Shown piece by piece: positions 35,782-46,048 of a DNA stretch of 60,174 nucleotides. How positions within the stretch are numbered: position 1 is the first letter of the stretch; each line of letters begins with the position of its first letter. Source of the stretch: a virus. Lineage: Duplodnaviria > Caudoviricetes. The translations under genes and the position numbers were made by a program. The DNA is taken from positions 1-60,174 of IMG/VR virus record IMGVR_UViG_3300007276_005408, one strand, 5' to 3'. The notes beneath the pieces were generated by a model that was not told the origin of the DNA, ran no database searches, and saw only the letters and a program-made list of their open reading frames with translations.

Positions 35782-36569
35782 TGTTTCCTACACCAGTCAC
35801 CAAGATGTGTTACTTCTGGTTTATGATTTATGTCTCCCCATCTTCCTGAAACAAAACATCCCCATTTCTTATGTGTTTCTTCATGACCTATTAGATTAGT
35901 ATCCATCATAACTATGTCTCTTATTTCTTTTTCTAAGTGGCTAGTACCCTTTGTTTGGTTACTCCAATATTCTTGATGTATTGGTTTATAAAAATCTCTA
36001 CACTTACTAACCTTTGCTATGTGTGGATTGCCTGAATAAAACAAACCTTTAGTTAGTGGTAAGTCTATCTCCGTTTCAACTTCGAAGTATCCACCATCAT
36101 GCGAATCCCAATGTGATGCTCCGCCAGGACCCATATAAGTGTATGAAAATCTTACATAGTTAAAGTGTTCATGTTCATCCATCTTATCCATAATCTTCAT
36201 CGCTGGTACATCTTCTACAAACTTCCAGTCATGTTCTAAGAATAAAAAATATGGTGTCTTACAATTATCTATCATATGCCACCAACTACCACGCATTAGT
36301 TCTTGTCTATCTTCTACAATATCAACATTTATGTGACTAAACTCATTGACTAATCTACTCTGTATATTATCATAGTATTGTTTGAAAAGTTCAGGATACT
36401 TATCTTCCATAACCTTATCTATGTAAAGATAATATTTAGCGTTACCAAGTCCAAGCTTCTCATGCGAACTCTGTAGAGTTTCGAATAACATAGTATTTTC
36501 TAAATATGGGTCTGTGGCAACATTGACAATATGTGTCATAACCATAACCGATATTCTATCTTCTATCAT
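35778..36569 (-). CDS. GT-A glycosyltransferase-like protein
   Basis: FLFLEHDW, SGNPH and HLG motifs. Confidence 0.7.
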   Translation of the reverse strand: MIEDRISVMVMTHIVNVATDPYLENTMLFETLQSSHEKLGLGNAKYYLYIDKVMEDKYPELFKQYYDNIQSRLVNEFSHINVDIVEDRQELMRGSWWHMIDNCKTPYFLFLEHDWKFVEDVPAMKIMDKMDEHEHFNYVRFSYTYMGPGGASHWDSHDGGYFEVETEIDLPLTKGLFYSGNPHIAKVSKCRDFYKPIHQEYWSNQTKGTSHLEKEIRDIVMMDTNLIGHEETHKKWGCFVSGRWGDINHKPEVTHLGDWCRKQ

Positions 36570-37354
36570 AAACTTTCTCCTATTAGTTTTACTAATCTGT
36601 CATTTGAAGTATTTACTCCATCAGCCCATCTATCGAATGCTCCACTTTTGAAATGTAATACAGAGTTTCTTTTTGATTTTATCTCTTCGCTTATCTCTTC
36701 TTTAGAAAGGCCTGATACATTGAAGTTATATTTAGGTGATATATCAAGTACCTTTACATCAACTCCAAGTGAACCATTGTTTATATGTTCTCTCCATTGA
36801 TGAATAACACAACTAAAGTCTTGGTCTACCCACCAGTCTCTTTCTTCCAGTCCCTTTTTATGTGGATGATTCATTCTAAAATTTACATAAGGTTCCCAAG
36901 TTGGATTGTTCAATTGTTCAACAAATATAGACATAAAGTCTTTACCTTCTTTATTACTACGAGCTCCCCAACAACCACCATTTGTTGCAGCCCAAGCCTT
37001 TTGGTTTCTTGTAGTGTAACAATAATCAAATTCATTTTCAAATGCCTCAAATGGGTCTGATAAGAATAACATATCTCCATCAAATACCATAAGATTGTCC
37101 CCTTCTGGTAAACTCTGTAATAAGTCATTAGCCCTTTCAATCTTACAAGTCATTCTTCTATTGTCCCATAGCTTCTTTTCGAACCATAAAACCTCAATAC
37201 CCATAGAGTTTAGTAACTCCTCTGAACCCTTTTGTAATTCAGGTGAAGATACGAATATATTACAATCAGAAACAGACTTCAGCGAAAGTAGACATAGGTG
37301 AAACCAGTCGTCTTTCTCAACTTTACCTGTCCAAGAAAAAAATACATTATCCAT
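36566..37354 (-). CDS. nucleotide-diphospho-sugar transferase (GT-A)
   Basis: FDGDM, NGG, DQD, YN and LHFK motifs. Confidence 0.8.
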   Translation of the reverse strand: MDNVFFSWTGKVEKDDWFHLCLLSLKSVSDCNIFVSSPELQKGSEELLNSMGIEVLWFEKKLWDNRRMTCKIERANDLLQSLPEGDNLMVFDGDMLFLSDPFEAFENEFDYCYTTRNQKAWAATNGGCWGARSNKEGKDFMSIFVEQLNNPTWEPYVNFRMNHPHKKGLEERDWWVDQDFSCVIHQWREHINNGSLGVDVKVLDISPKYNFNVSGLSKEEISEEIKSKRNSVLHFKSGAFDRWADGVNTSNDRLVKLIGESL

Positions 37355-37832
37355 TTTTAGGGATTCTCCTCTTTAGTATTTCACTCCAATTATCTTTGAA
37401 TATTTCATAATCGATGTTATTCTCATTTAGCTTTTGAATCACATCCCAGTACAAAACTTTATATGGTGGTTCTACCTGATGCTTTTTACTCAAATCATCA
37501 ACTAAAAAACAATCCTCATCTTTTATTATACCAACCTTATCCATAGTATTATCACAAGTAATAATTGATTTATACGGAAATCCAAATCTATCTAACCACT
37601 CCTTTGTCCACTCATAAGCATTGTCATACCATCTAGCAGTCAGCATATGAATTTCATAATGCTTATCTAACTCCTTTACTGCTTCAAGTGAGCCTGGTAA
37701 AACGACATCTTTTTGATGTTCTTCGTATGTGAATGCTTTATCAAAATCACACCAACCATCTGTTGTGTTTCTTCTTATTCTTTCCCAGTGATTATTTAGA
37801 GTATTGTCTATATCGCAAAATAACTTTTTCAT
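37347..37832 (-). CDS. HAD-superfamily phosphatase (NT5C-like)
   Basis: DIDNT, TAR, K and VDD motifs. Confidence 0.85.
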   Translation of the reverse strand: MKKLFCDIDNTLNNHWERIRRNTTDGWCDFDKAFTYEEHQKDVVLPGSLEAVKELDKHYEIHMLTARWYDNAYEWTKEWLDRFGFPYKSIITCDNTMDKVGIIKDEDCFLVDDLSKKHQVEPPYKVLYWDVIQKLNENNIDYEIFKDNWSEILKRRIPKNG

Positions 37833-38674
37833 TTGAATTCCTTATGAAACCTTTCGTACTTATAAGTATCAGAAGTATATGTGAAAATAGAATAATTTTT
37901 TGAGTCTGTGTTCATGCCATACAAATTATATTTAATTGCTATCTCTATTGGTATATCTGTTTTAGGTACAACAAACACAGGCGATGGTTCACCACCAAAT
38001 ATGTCAATCAATAACTCTGAATTTCTATCTATTTTATTTCTTAGTTTTTCGACATCAAACTTTACCATCTGTTCTTGTAGGTGTTGAAAGATAGTTACTG
38101 GAGCAGTAGATGGCGTTTGTCCTATGAATCCATAGTTTTTATATCTAGCAAGATTCATATAAGAAAATATAGCATCACTTTGCATCTCATTCCAAAAGTC
38201 TTTTCTGATAAATATTATACTCAATCCAGCAAGGGAACCAAGTTGTTTATTCGAAGTGGTTACAAATATCTTAGTATTCTTTGGTATATCATAATAAGGA
38301 AATGAACTTATACCATCAACAATACAATCAGCATCATCAAATGTCTTTCCGTTTGAGGTTTCCAATTGACAATATAGTTTATGAGTACCATTTGTTTTAC
38401 TCTTAGGCTGTCGTCTGTCAAACTCTAACCACTTATCATGCCATAACCCTTCATTACCAATCACATCGATTGGATGTAATACAGACCAAAATACAGACTC
38501 TATTGCCAATGTACCACTACCACCCATAAATAAAACATCATATTTATGTCTATGCAATCCAGCCTTATCAAGCATCAGATTTGATAATTCTTTATATAAA
38601 TTTATGAAATGGGTATCTCTATGTGAAAAATCCGTTACTATATTTGTCGTTATGTCTGTATTAGGACCGAACAT
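37829..38674 (-). CDS. class V PLP-dependent aminotransferase (compact)
   Basis: MFGP, SHR, GSGT, ETS, VDGISS, SNKQL (PLP Lys) and TPST. Confidence 0.85.
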   Translation of the reverse strand: MFGPNTDITTNIVTDFSHRDTHFINLYKELSNLMLDKAGLHRHKYDVLFMGGSGTLAIESVFWSVLHPIDVIGNEGLWHDKWLEFDRRQPKSKTNGTHKLYCQLETSNGKTFDDADCIVDGISSFPYYDIPKNTKIFVTTSNKQLGSLAGLSIIFIRKDFWNEMQSDAIFSYMNLARYKNYGFIGQTPSTAPVTIFQHLQEQMVKFDVEKLRNKIDRNSELLIDIFGGEPSPVFVVPKTDIPIEIAIKYNLYGMNTDSKNYSIFTYTSDTYKYERFHKEFK

Positions 38675-39767
38675 CTATAAACTCCTTTATTGATTTATAT
38701 ACCAAGTCAAAATGGTTTCTTTTATCCAACCAATTATAACAATATCTTGGTATATGTTGTTTTAGTTCACTCATATTTTCTGTCAAAAACTTTACAAGAT
38801 TAGGTTCTTTAGGATTATAGAAAGGTGGACTGTACCAATGCCCTATACCACTTTCATCTGAATAACCAGCAGCGTATGTTGGCTGTACCTCTAAAAATGA
38901 AAGTGAGTTATCTTCTTGATTTATAATAACATCTACTCCTTGATGATTCAATCCAAGACAATGAACTGCTGAACAAATGTATTCTTCATGTTCTGTCATA
39001 ATTGTCTCGCATAATTTATTGTAGATTATAAAATCGTTTATATGTTTATCACTAAACTTACCAGCAGTTATAGCGCACCAATCACTCTTATCTACAACTC
39101 TCGCATAACCTGATACAATTCTATCACCAGCAACATGCAATCTAAAAGATGTGTTTACTCCTCTGCTCTCATCAACTGAGTTTACTAATTCTACACATAA
39201 CTTTTTAGTTTGTATTCGGCGCGTTTGACCAGTCTCTGAATATGGTTTTTCATTATCTAACTTAGTTAGACACTCATCTAACATAGACTCATCATCAACC
39301 TTATAAGTATTGTAACCACCTACGCTGTTATTTAGTCTAACTAAGAAAGGAAAAGCAATTGGGTGATTCTCACGCTGTTTATAGAAATCATTTTTATCTT
39401 CATAAGTAAAGAAATCAGGACAATTTACTCCCACATCCTTCCATCTAGCAAATGCCACCTCTTTATTCTGTACAGATAGAAATCCAATTGGTGAGTTTGT
39501 TATAAAAGGTATATCACCAATCTGTTGGCGCTGTTTCAACATACCTTCATACTCTTCTCTATTCATTTCATCAGGATCAGGATACCATCTTATGTAACGA
39601 ATATCATCTTTATATTTTTCGTATTGTTCAATTACTGAGTGTCCATCTTCACCATCAACATCTAATACCTTACCGAAATGTTTTTCCAACATTTCCTTTT
39701 CGAACACTCTCCAATTTTTATTGACTTTACCTACTCCTCTATTAGCACTAATTACACTATACATCAT
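38661..39767 (-). CDS. ATP-grasp ligase (RimK-like)
   Basis: QNK, FPFLVR...GG, GVDVI and FLEVQ. Confidence 0.75.
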   Translation of the reverse strand: MMYSVISANRGVGKVNKNWRVFEKEMLEKHFGKVLDVDGEDGHSVIEQYEKYKDDIRYIRWYPDPDEMNREEYEGMLKQRQQIGDIPFITNSPIGFLSVQNKEVAFARWKDVGVNCPDFFTYEDKNDFYKQRENHPIAFPFLVRLNNSVGGYNTYKVDDESMLDECLTKLDNEKPYSETGQTRRIQTKKLCVELVNSVDESRGVNTSFRLHVAGDRIVSGYARVVDKSDWCAITAGKFSDKHINDFIIYNKLCETIMTEHEEYICSAVHCLGLNHQGVDVIINQEDNSLSFLEVQPTYAAGYSDESGIGHWYSPPFYNPKEPNLVKFLTENMSELKQHIPRYCYNWLDKRNHFDLVYKSIKEFIDVRS

Positions 39768-40488
39768 AATACTCCAATATTAAATCTTTGAAATCAGGAG
39801 AATCTAAAGACTTCCTTATTCTAGTCTCAATCCTTCTATCAGCAATATCAGTTTTCAAATGAATTATATGCGTGTCATCTGAAAACTCACTCTCCCAATG
39901 AGTACTGACTAATATTCTATCTATATCGCCAATCTTCAACAAATGTATATTCTCTTCAGCAACCTCACTTAGTGATGGGCTTTCACGAGGTACATTTGTA
40001 GGTTTAGTATCTATTCTTTCAATCCACTCTTGCATAAACTTTGATGTTACCTTTGTTGGTTGTCCAATTACAAAAGAGCCTAAATATGGTGTTCCAGCAT
40101 CCCTCTTACATAGCTGTATATCATAGTTGCTATCTATCAGAGAAGATATATCTTTTACGAAAATACAATCACCATCAACCATCACTAGTGGCATTTTTGT
40201 TATTTCTAATAAGTGTTTGAAGACTATTGTTTTAGAACCAACATTTTCTTGCCATCCTTTACCCCAAGCTCCACCATTATTATAATCAGTTTTTAGTTTT
40301 GTATCATAGATGAACACCTCATCACCTTTACTGAGAAAATATTTTCTCTGTTCTTCTGTTAGTCCAGTGTCCACAATAAAAACATTATCTACTTTAGACA
40401 TATCATTTTTTTCATACAGCGAGTTTATCCAAAGTCTTCCGAATGGAAAATAAGAAGAATTGAAAACTACCATCATATTATACTGCAT
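39757..40488 (-). CDS. GT-A nucleotide-sugar transferase
   Basis: VDTGL, VDGDC and IIHLK; start near 40488 with GGAGG RBS. Confidence 0.75.
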   Translation of the reverse strand: MQYNMMVVFNSSYFPFGRLWINSLYEKNDMSKVDNVFIVDTGLTEEQRKYFLSKGDEVFIYDTKLKTDYNNGGAWGKGWQENVGSKTIVFKHLLEITKMPLVMVDGDCIFVKDISSLIDSNYDIQLCKRDAGTPYLGSFVIGQPTKVTSKFMQEWIERIDTKPTNVPRESPSLSEVAEENIHLLKIGDIDRILVSTHWESEFSDDTHIIHLKTDIADRRIETRIRKSLDSPDFKDLILEYYDV

Positions 40489-41464
40489 CAAATACATCCT
40501 CCCAAGTATACAACTTTTTTTGTGTAAACATATTATAGATGTTATGTTCTGACATCTTATTAGCGTTAGTGTACCAAGTATGACTGTGTCGTCCCTTCCC
40601 AACATCGCCAGGGGTGATTCCCTTCTCACCCTCAACATAAAGTCTTTTTTTAGGATGTTTTCTATTATGTACTAACAATATATTTTTGACTACATATTGT
40701 GGTATACCCCCAAGAATTCTCTGTAACATAATCATAAAACCAGTGTCTTCATGAACAAAGAAAGCACATTGTGGAATATTTACTCCTGACTTCACAACAT
40801 CTGATGACATCACTAAACCACAGCCATTGAATTTTGGTTTTTTCAAAACTCTAACATCTAATTCTTCAACACCTTCATTTATTTTATTCATTTCATCAAT
40901 TGACATTGTGTATTTCAGACTCCACCAGTTCTCCGTATCATTTTCTATAAATGGTTTATCTGTAAATTTTGTATGCTCTATTGGTTCCCAACTTTTGTCC
41001 CACATTTTACATCCACCAAAGAATGTAACATACTTAGGTGTATCTTCTTTTACCCCACTATGTAAGCTATCAAGTATCTCAAATGTTCTATCAGGTAGAA
41101 GAGCATCACTTTCACCCCACATCAGAACATCGACTTCGGTACAATATTTTGTATTGAATTCTCTTCTATAATCTGATATTGTATAGAATATATTATCAGT
41201 AGTTAGTGTGTAATTTACTGCGTATTCGTCACCAAAACTATCCACCATCGCTTCAAATCTTTTTACGATGTCATATAAAGAGGCCTGTTCTTTATCTATT
41301 TTCTCTAATTTTTGTCCAGCGTAAAAATACAAATCTATAATTACAGACTTTTTATTTTCAATAGTATCCAAAGAATTTTTTAGACTCTGTAAATACTCTC
41401 CTATAATTTCTATCTCATACCATTGTATCAAACAGCCAATAGCAAATTTATTAGTTAGTTTCAT
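40478..41464 (-). CDS. putative GT2-like glycosyltransferase
   Basis: WGESDA, HEDT and VHNRKHP motifs; context. Confidence 0.55.
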   Translation of the reverse strand: MKLTNKFAIGCLIQWYEIEIIGEYLQSLKNSLDTIENKKSVIIDLYFYAGQKLEKIDKEQASLYDIVKRFEAMVDSFGDEYAVNYTLTTDNIFYTISDYRREFNTKYCTEVDVLMWGESDALLPDRTFEILDSLHSGVKEDTPKYVTFFGGCKMWDKSWEPIEHTKFTDKPFIENDTENWWSLKYTMSIDEMNKINEGVEELDVRVLKKPKFNGCGLVMSSDVVKSGVNIPQCAFFVHEDTGFMIMLQRILGGIPQYVVKNILLVHNRKHPKKRLYVEGEKGITPGDVGKGRHSHTWYTNANKMSEHNIYNMFTQKKLYTWEDVFDAV

Positions 41465-42284
41465 ATAACTCCATCATAGTTTTTCTTGGTATTTTCTCTG
41501 ATGCTGGATTCCTATCTGAAACTATATTGAAATCAATATTTTGAGTTTTTAGGTATTCGTAAAGTCCTAAAGCACCTTCTATATTTATTTTTACCTCATC
41601 ATAAGTAATTCCACCTGAACCACCTATTGGCAATCTTTCTACATTTACATTATCATACTCTACCTTATCTTTATCTCTACCTTTTTGGTAAAAGTGATCA
41701 TAATTTATGTATTGCTGTCCCTTTTCATGTTCTCTTAGAACTCCAATGTCCCATCCAATGGTAACTATTTTTTTACAACCCAAGTACATAGACAATGGTA
41801 TTGCTAACTCATACATTAGACCAGGACCCCAAGGTCTTTCAAATGATTTATCAAAAGAAATCTCTTCCCAATCTCCTTGTGATGCCACAGTATTTACAAT
41901 ACTTCCAAAGTTTCTGTATATAGGTGTCATAAAGTCACAAGGAACATCATTATCAATTATATAATATGGTTGGTCTTGTTGGTATACAGTCCAAACAACA
42001 ATCGTATCATCTGTTTTATAATCATAAGTTTTTATATTTACAGCATTCAGTAATTGGAAATCCATCTGTTCGTAAAATAAATCATATGTTTGTTTTATAC
42101 CTATAACTAATTTATCAGATAAGAAACTTTTCAACTCATCAACATCGTGATTGTTCAAACTCGGCCCACCAGTAACTATATATGCTGTTTCTCCATCATA
42201 CTTATCTTTTAGAATTTCTAACCTTTGATGGCTTTCATCAAAGTTCTGCATTTCTTGTTTTAGTTTTTTTGTAATCGTTTTCAT
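41451..42284 (-). CDS. Maf/DUF115-like (CMP-ulosonate transferase-like) protein
   Basis: AYIVTGGPSL, YLGCKKIVTIGWD and HFY motifs. Confidence 0.8.
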   Translation of the reverse strand: MKTITKKLKQEMQNFDESHQRLEILKDKYDGETAYIVTGGPSLNNHDVDELKSFLSDKLVIGIKQTYDLFYEQMDFQLLNAVNIKTYDYKTDDTIVVWTVYQQDQPYYIIDNDVPCDFMTPIYRNFGSIVNTVASQGDWEEISFDKSFERPWGPGLMYELAIPLSMYLGCKKIVTIGWDIGVLREHEKGQQYINYDHFYQKGRDKDKVEYDNVNVERLPIGGSGGITYDEVKINIEGALGLYEYLKTQNIDFNIVSDRNPASEKIPRKTMMELYETN

Positions 42285-43939
42285 TTAGGATAAATTTCCT
42301 CTATCTTTTTTATATCTTCAGGATAATCTACAGCATAAGATACAGTATCTAATTCTAACATCTTTACTTTCATACCCTTTTCCAAAAATCTAACTATCTC
42401 TATGTCCTCTACACTTTCTAATGATGTCTTATTATCACTATGAAACTTATTCAATTGTTCCTTACTGAATCCATAGATACATACTTGTTTATAAGCTTCT
42501 GAACCAACAATGATAGGGTCTAAACCATTCTTATTCATTGGTACACAACCTCTACTAGCATACAATAAATTATTATTGTTGTCTGTTACAACTTTTGGTA
42601 TCTTCACATCACTTGGGTCTTCGTCAATATGTAACTTAGACATGCAATTTATGATATGTTTGGGATTATCTTTTTTAGCTTCTATAACCTTATTCACATC
42701 GTCAGCACTAACTAATGGTTCATCACCTTGTATGTTAATAAATATATCAGCATCAATTTCTTTGGATGCTTCAGCAACTCTATCGGTTCCAGTCAAACAT
42801 TCGTCTGAAGTCATAACAACCTGATAACCATTGCTCTTTACAAAATGTGCTATCTCTTCATTTTCAGTAGCCACATACACATTCTTACTACCAACAGATT
42901 TTTCAGCAATCTCACATACCCATAGAATCATTTCTTTTCCGTATATCTTAGCTAATGGTTTGCCAGGAAATCTACTTGATTTGTATCTAGCAGGTATAAC
43001 AACTACAGACCTCTGTTCTTTCAGTTCTTTCAATTTGCTTGAATCATAAGAGTATGTGTTTTTTAGTTTACTAGCTGCTTCAAATAACTGAGAACCTTTT
43101 AGGTTAGATTGATTTAGGTCTTGTACATATAATGGATGCACTGTATTCATACCAGCATACATATACAATGGATTATGTCCCCAACCTAATTTGTTTTTCA
43201 TAGTTTGAAATTCATCGACTAAATCTAAAACATCAGCTGAGATATCTCCATCCTTTAGCTGTAATAATTGTTCTGTAAAAACATTACCTACACCTCTACC
43301 CATTCCAGTAACAGTCCCATCACACCATTCAGCACCACTATCTAAAGCAGTTACACAATTAGCAAATGCGAGATTTAGATTGTCGTGGGTATGAATACCT
43401 TGTACGCTGTGATTTTCAAATATGGATGCGACATCCATAGGTTTTAGAGCACCATAACTATCAGCTACATACCTAACATCAACCCCAACTTTATCCATAG
43501 AATCAGTAAAATATTTTATATCAGCACCTTCTAATATAGATGTCTGCATCAGATTACACATTACTTCATAACCTAAGTCTTGTATTCTTTCTATCAACTC
43601 TAATGAATTAGCTATCTCAGACTTCTTCACAGCAACCCTACAGATTTGAAATATACCCGATGGTTTTATTATGTCTTCTAATAGATAATGTCTATTTATA
43701 TAGTCTTTAGCATCAATCATAAAAGATAACTTAGAACTTACATCAAAATTTACAACTGATTTTATGAACCCATCATTACATTTCCTATAAGGCCCACCCT
43801 TTATTGGTGACTTATAACCAAGCTCTATTACATCAACATTTGTATCTAACGACTTTACAAGTCTTCTTACTAACTCATTATCAAAATGCCAGTCTGTATA
43901 ATAACCACCATCTCTCAATGTACAATCTAATATTTTCAT
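42281..43939 (-). CDS. fusion of HMGL-like (DRE-TIM) aldolase and KdsB-like CMP-ulosonate cytidylyltransferase
   Basis: N-terminal LDCTLRDGGY, ADSYG, HTHDN, GMGRGVGN; C-terminal IPARYKSSRFPGKPL, TGTDR, NIQGDEP, VDYPED; ATGA-coupled start at 43939. Confidence 0.9.
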   Translation of the reverse strand: MKILDCTLRDGGYYTDWHFDNELVRRLVKSLDTNVDVIELGYKSPIKGGPYRKCNDGFIKSVVNFDVSSKLSFMIDAKDYINRHYLLEDIIKPSGIFQICRVAVKKSEIANSLELIERIQDLGYEVMCNLMQTSILEGADIKYFTDSMDKVGVDVRYVADSYGALKPMDVASIFENHSVQGIHTHDNLNLAFANCVTALDSGAEWCDGTVTGMGRGVGNVFTEQLLQLKDGDISADVLDLVDEFQTMKNKLGWGHNPLYMYAGMNTVHPLYVQDLNQSNLKGSQLFEAASKLKNTYSYDSSKLKELKEQRSVVVIPARYKSSRFPGKPLAKIYGKEMILWVCEIAEKSVGSKNVYVATENEEIAHFVKSNGYQVVMTSDECLTGTDRVAEASKEIDADIFINIQGDEPLVSADDVNKVIEAKKDNPKHIINCMSKLHIDEDPSDVKIPKVVTDNNNNLLYASRGCVPMNKNGLDPIIVGSEAYKQVCIYGFSKEQLNKFHSDNKTSLESVEDIEIVRFLEKGMKVKMLELDTVSYAVDYPEDIKKIEEIYPK

Positions 43940-44493
43940 ACACCCACTATTCGTTTTTTTGATTGTGCATCCCAATGATGTACTGGGATACCTCTTTCTC
44001 TTATTGCTGTCCGTATCTTTTTGGTATCTTCTCTTTCTTTATGTACCTTCTTTCCATGAAACTCAGCATACACAATATTTACATAGTCTATCGAACCATC
44101 TTCAATCATCTTTGGAAGTACTTCATACTCAGCACCTTCAATGTCCATCTTCATTATTATATAATCATCCTTACTAAAATTTTCTGTAATCCATTTACTA
44201 ATATCAACCGACTCTACTTGTATAGGATTTGTGAAATCTAAATTACCACGAGTCTTTCCATATATCAGAGATGAAGAAGCAGCATGTCCTAAATAAAAAT
44301 TTTGTATACCATCTTCTATCCAAACAGCTTTGTTATGAAAAGTTATACCATCTGTATTCTGTAACACCTCTATGAATCTTGGATTACACTCAAATGATAT
44401 TATTTCATAGTCACTACTATTAGGATATTCTTCTCTGAACTTCTTTACCGATATAGCTGCATGAGCACCTAAATCTAAAAAAACCTTTCTCAT
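43936..44493 (-). CDS. FkbM-family methyltransferase
   Basis: LDLGA, FECNP, KMDIEGAE and EFH. Confidence 0.9.
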   Translation of the reverse strand: MRKVFLDLGAHAAISVKKFREEYPNSSDYEIISFECNPRFIEVLQNTDGITFHNKAVWIEDGIQNFYLGHAASSSLIYGKTRGNLDFTNPIQVESVDISKWITENFSKDDYIIMKMDIEGAEYEVLPKMIEDGSIDYVNIVYAEFHGKKVHKEREDTKKIRTAIRERGIPVHHWDAQSKKRIVGV

Positions 44494-45134
44494 CTTCTTA
44501 CATTCATCTCCTTACTAAAATTTTCATTATAGAACATATTTTGCTGTGTCTGTTTCTCTATAGTTTTTGGATGATAAAGACTCAACACTTCTTGTGGTGG
44601 TAGATGAGCATATGTTTTGACTCCTGTAATATACTCATGTAATGGTCTAGTCCACCTTATGTTTTCACTTCTACGAAACACACGAGCTTGGTAATCAGGA
44701 TAGTTTACCCAATCTTTTTCTGTAAGTTGCCATCCCCATTTCTGTACATCTTCTTGTGTCATACCATCAATAGTATTTACTCTCGGAATCCAAATCAAAT
44801 CAACTTCTTCATTCATTTGTATTATCTTTTTTAATTGTAATAGTAAAAAATTATGTGGATACTCATCGGCATCTATATGAAAGATGTAATCACCACTTGC
44901 CTTTTCTATAACTGAATTCTTTTGAGCAGAAAAATCTCCATCAAGCTTTCTTTTGTAAACTACAGCTTTGTTTTCAGATATGTATTCACCCAGTACAGCC
45001 TCTACCTTTTCGTCATCACCATCCACACAAACTACTATCTCATCTTCTTTATCTATATTTTTATTTAGTACTTCTAATAACTTTTGTAGTTCTTCCCATT
45101 CATTATGAACTGTAATACCATAAGTAATTGTCAT
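44490..45134 (-). CDS. GT2-family glycosyltransferase
   Basis: VHNE, DFSAQKN, IDADE, PDYQ and LHE. Confidence 0.9.
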   Translation of the reverse strand: MTITYGITVHNEWEELQKLLEVLNKNIDKEDEIVVCVDGDDEKVEAVLGEYISENKAVVYKRKLDGDFSAQKNSVIEKASGDYIFHIDADEYPHNFLLLQLKKIIQMNEEVDLIWIPRVNTIDGMTQEDVQKWGWQLTEKDWVNYPDYQARVFRRSENIRWTRPLHEYITGVKTYAHLPPQEVLSLYHPKTIEKQTQQNMFYNENFSKEMNVRR

Positions 45135-45601
45135 TTTCCAGCCTCAAGATTTTTTATGATTTGCGCGTTTAGTTTTATTGGTTCGTAGTACACAGTATAT
45201 TTTTTAGCAATAGCATAATCATATGTTCTGTACAAATTGTTTCTTTTCATAAATGGTTCTATTTTTTTGAAGTCTGCGTCAACTCTTTTTTCATTTGGTT
45301 TACCACCAACATCAATTTTTATAATTGCTTCTATTGGTGTAACTTTCTCAACTAAAATAATATTACCTGCATTTTTTAGATTTTGTAACAGAGCTTGTGG
45401 TGAAACCAATGGTGAATTTGACATCTCAACTTTCATACCAGCAAGATGTGAAGTTTTATTACCATCATTCTTTTTATAAGGTATGTTCTTTCCAAGAACT
45501 AATATAGAGTGTAATTTAGTGGAGCCCTTTGATGGATATCTAAACGATATAATATCACCAGCTGCTACTTTACTCCAATTAGTTAGTTTACGCGTCGCCA
45601 T
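45131..45601 (-). CDS. hypothetical protein
   Basis: 156 aa coupled ORF; GDIISFRY and YRTY. Confidence 0.7.
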   Translation of the reverse strand: MATRKLTNWSKVAAGDIISFRYPSKGSTKLHSILVLGKNIPYKKNDGNKTSHLAGMKVEMSNSPLVSPQALLQNLKNAGNIILVEKVTPIEAIIKIDVGGKPNEKRVDADFKKIEPFMKRNNLYRTYDYAIAKKYTVYYEPIKLNAQIIKNLEAGK

Positions 45602-46046
45602 CTTTTACAATCCCCATAGCTTTACAAGCTTCCATAAATTCGAATTGGCCAAACTTTAGTGGATTTTCAATATCCAATCTTTTATCATGACCATCATATT
45701 GTTCTCTTTCTTCTTCCGGCACATCAATTACTGGAGCGTAACACCAATTCCAATCGGTGGCTAGTCCTTCAGGATAAATTATCCCTTTTTGTCCCATATT
45801 GATTACTGATGGAAACCATACTAAGCCTCTTTCTTCATCCATTACCCTCAAGTCATTCATCAACTCAGTATTATTCTCAACCATTTTTTCTAAGTGTTCG
45901 CTGTCCATAGCAAAATGAGAATTAGTAGTCATACCACACACAAAGCATAAATATGATTCGAATGGTTCACCCTTTACTTCAGTTTTTTCAACTAAACAAT
46001 TGGTTGATAAATCCTGACATACAGGACAAGTAGTTTTTTCTTCCAT
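45588..46046 (-). CDS. Zn-ribbon-containing hypothetical protein
   Basis: CPVC...CFVCG. Confidence 0.75.
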   Translation of the reverse strand: MEEKTTCPVCQDLSTNCLVEKTEVKGEPFESYLCFVCGMTTNSHFAMDSEHLEKMVENNTELMNDLRVMDEERGLVWFPSVINMGQKGIIYPEGLATDWNWCYAPVIDVPEEEREQYDGHDKRLDIENPLKFGQFEFMEACKAMGIVKDGDA

Positions 46047-46048
46047 AA

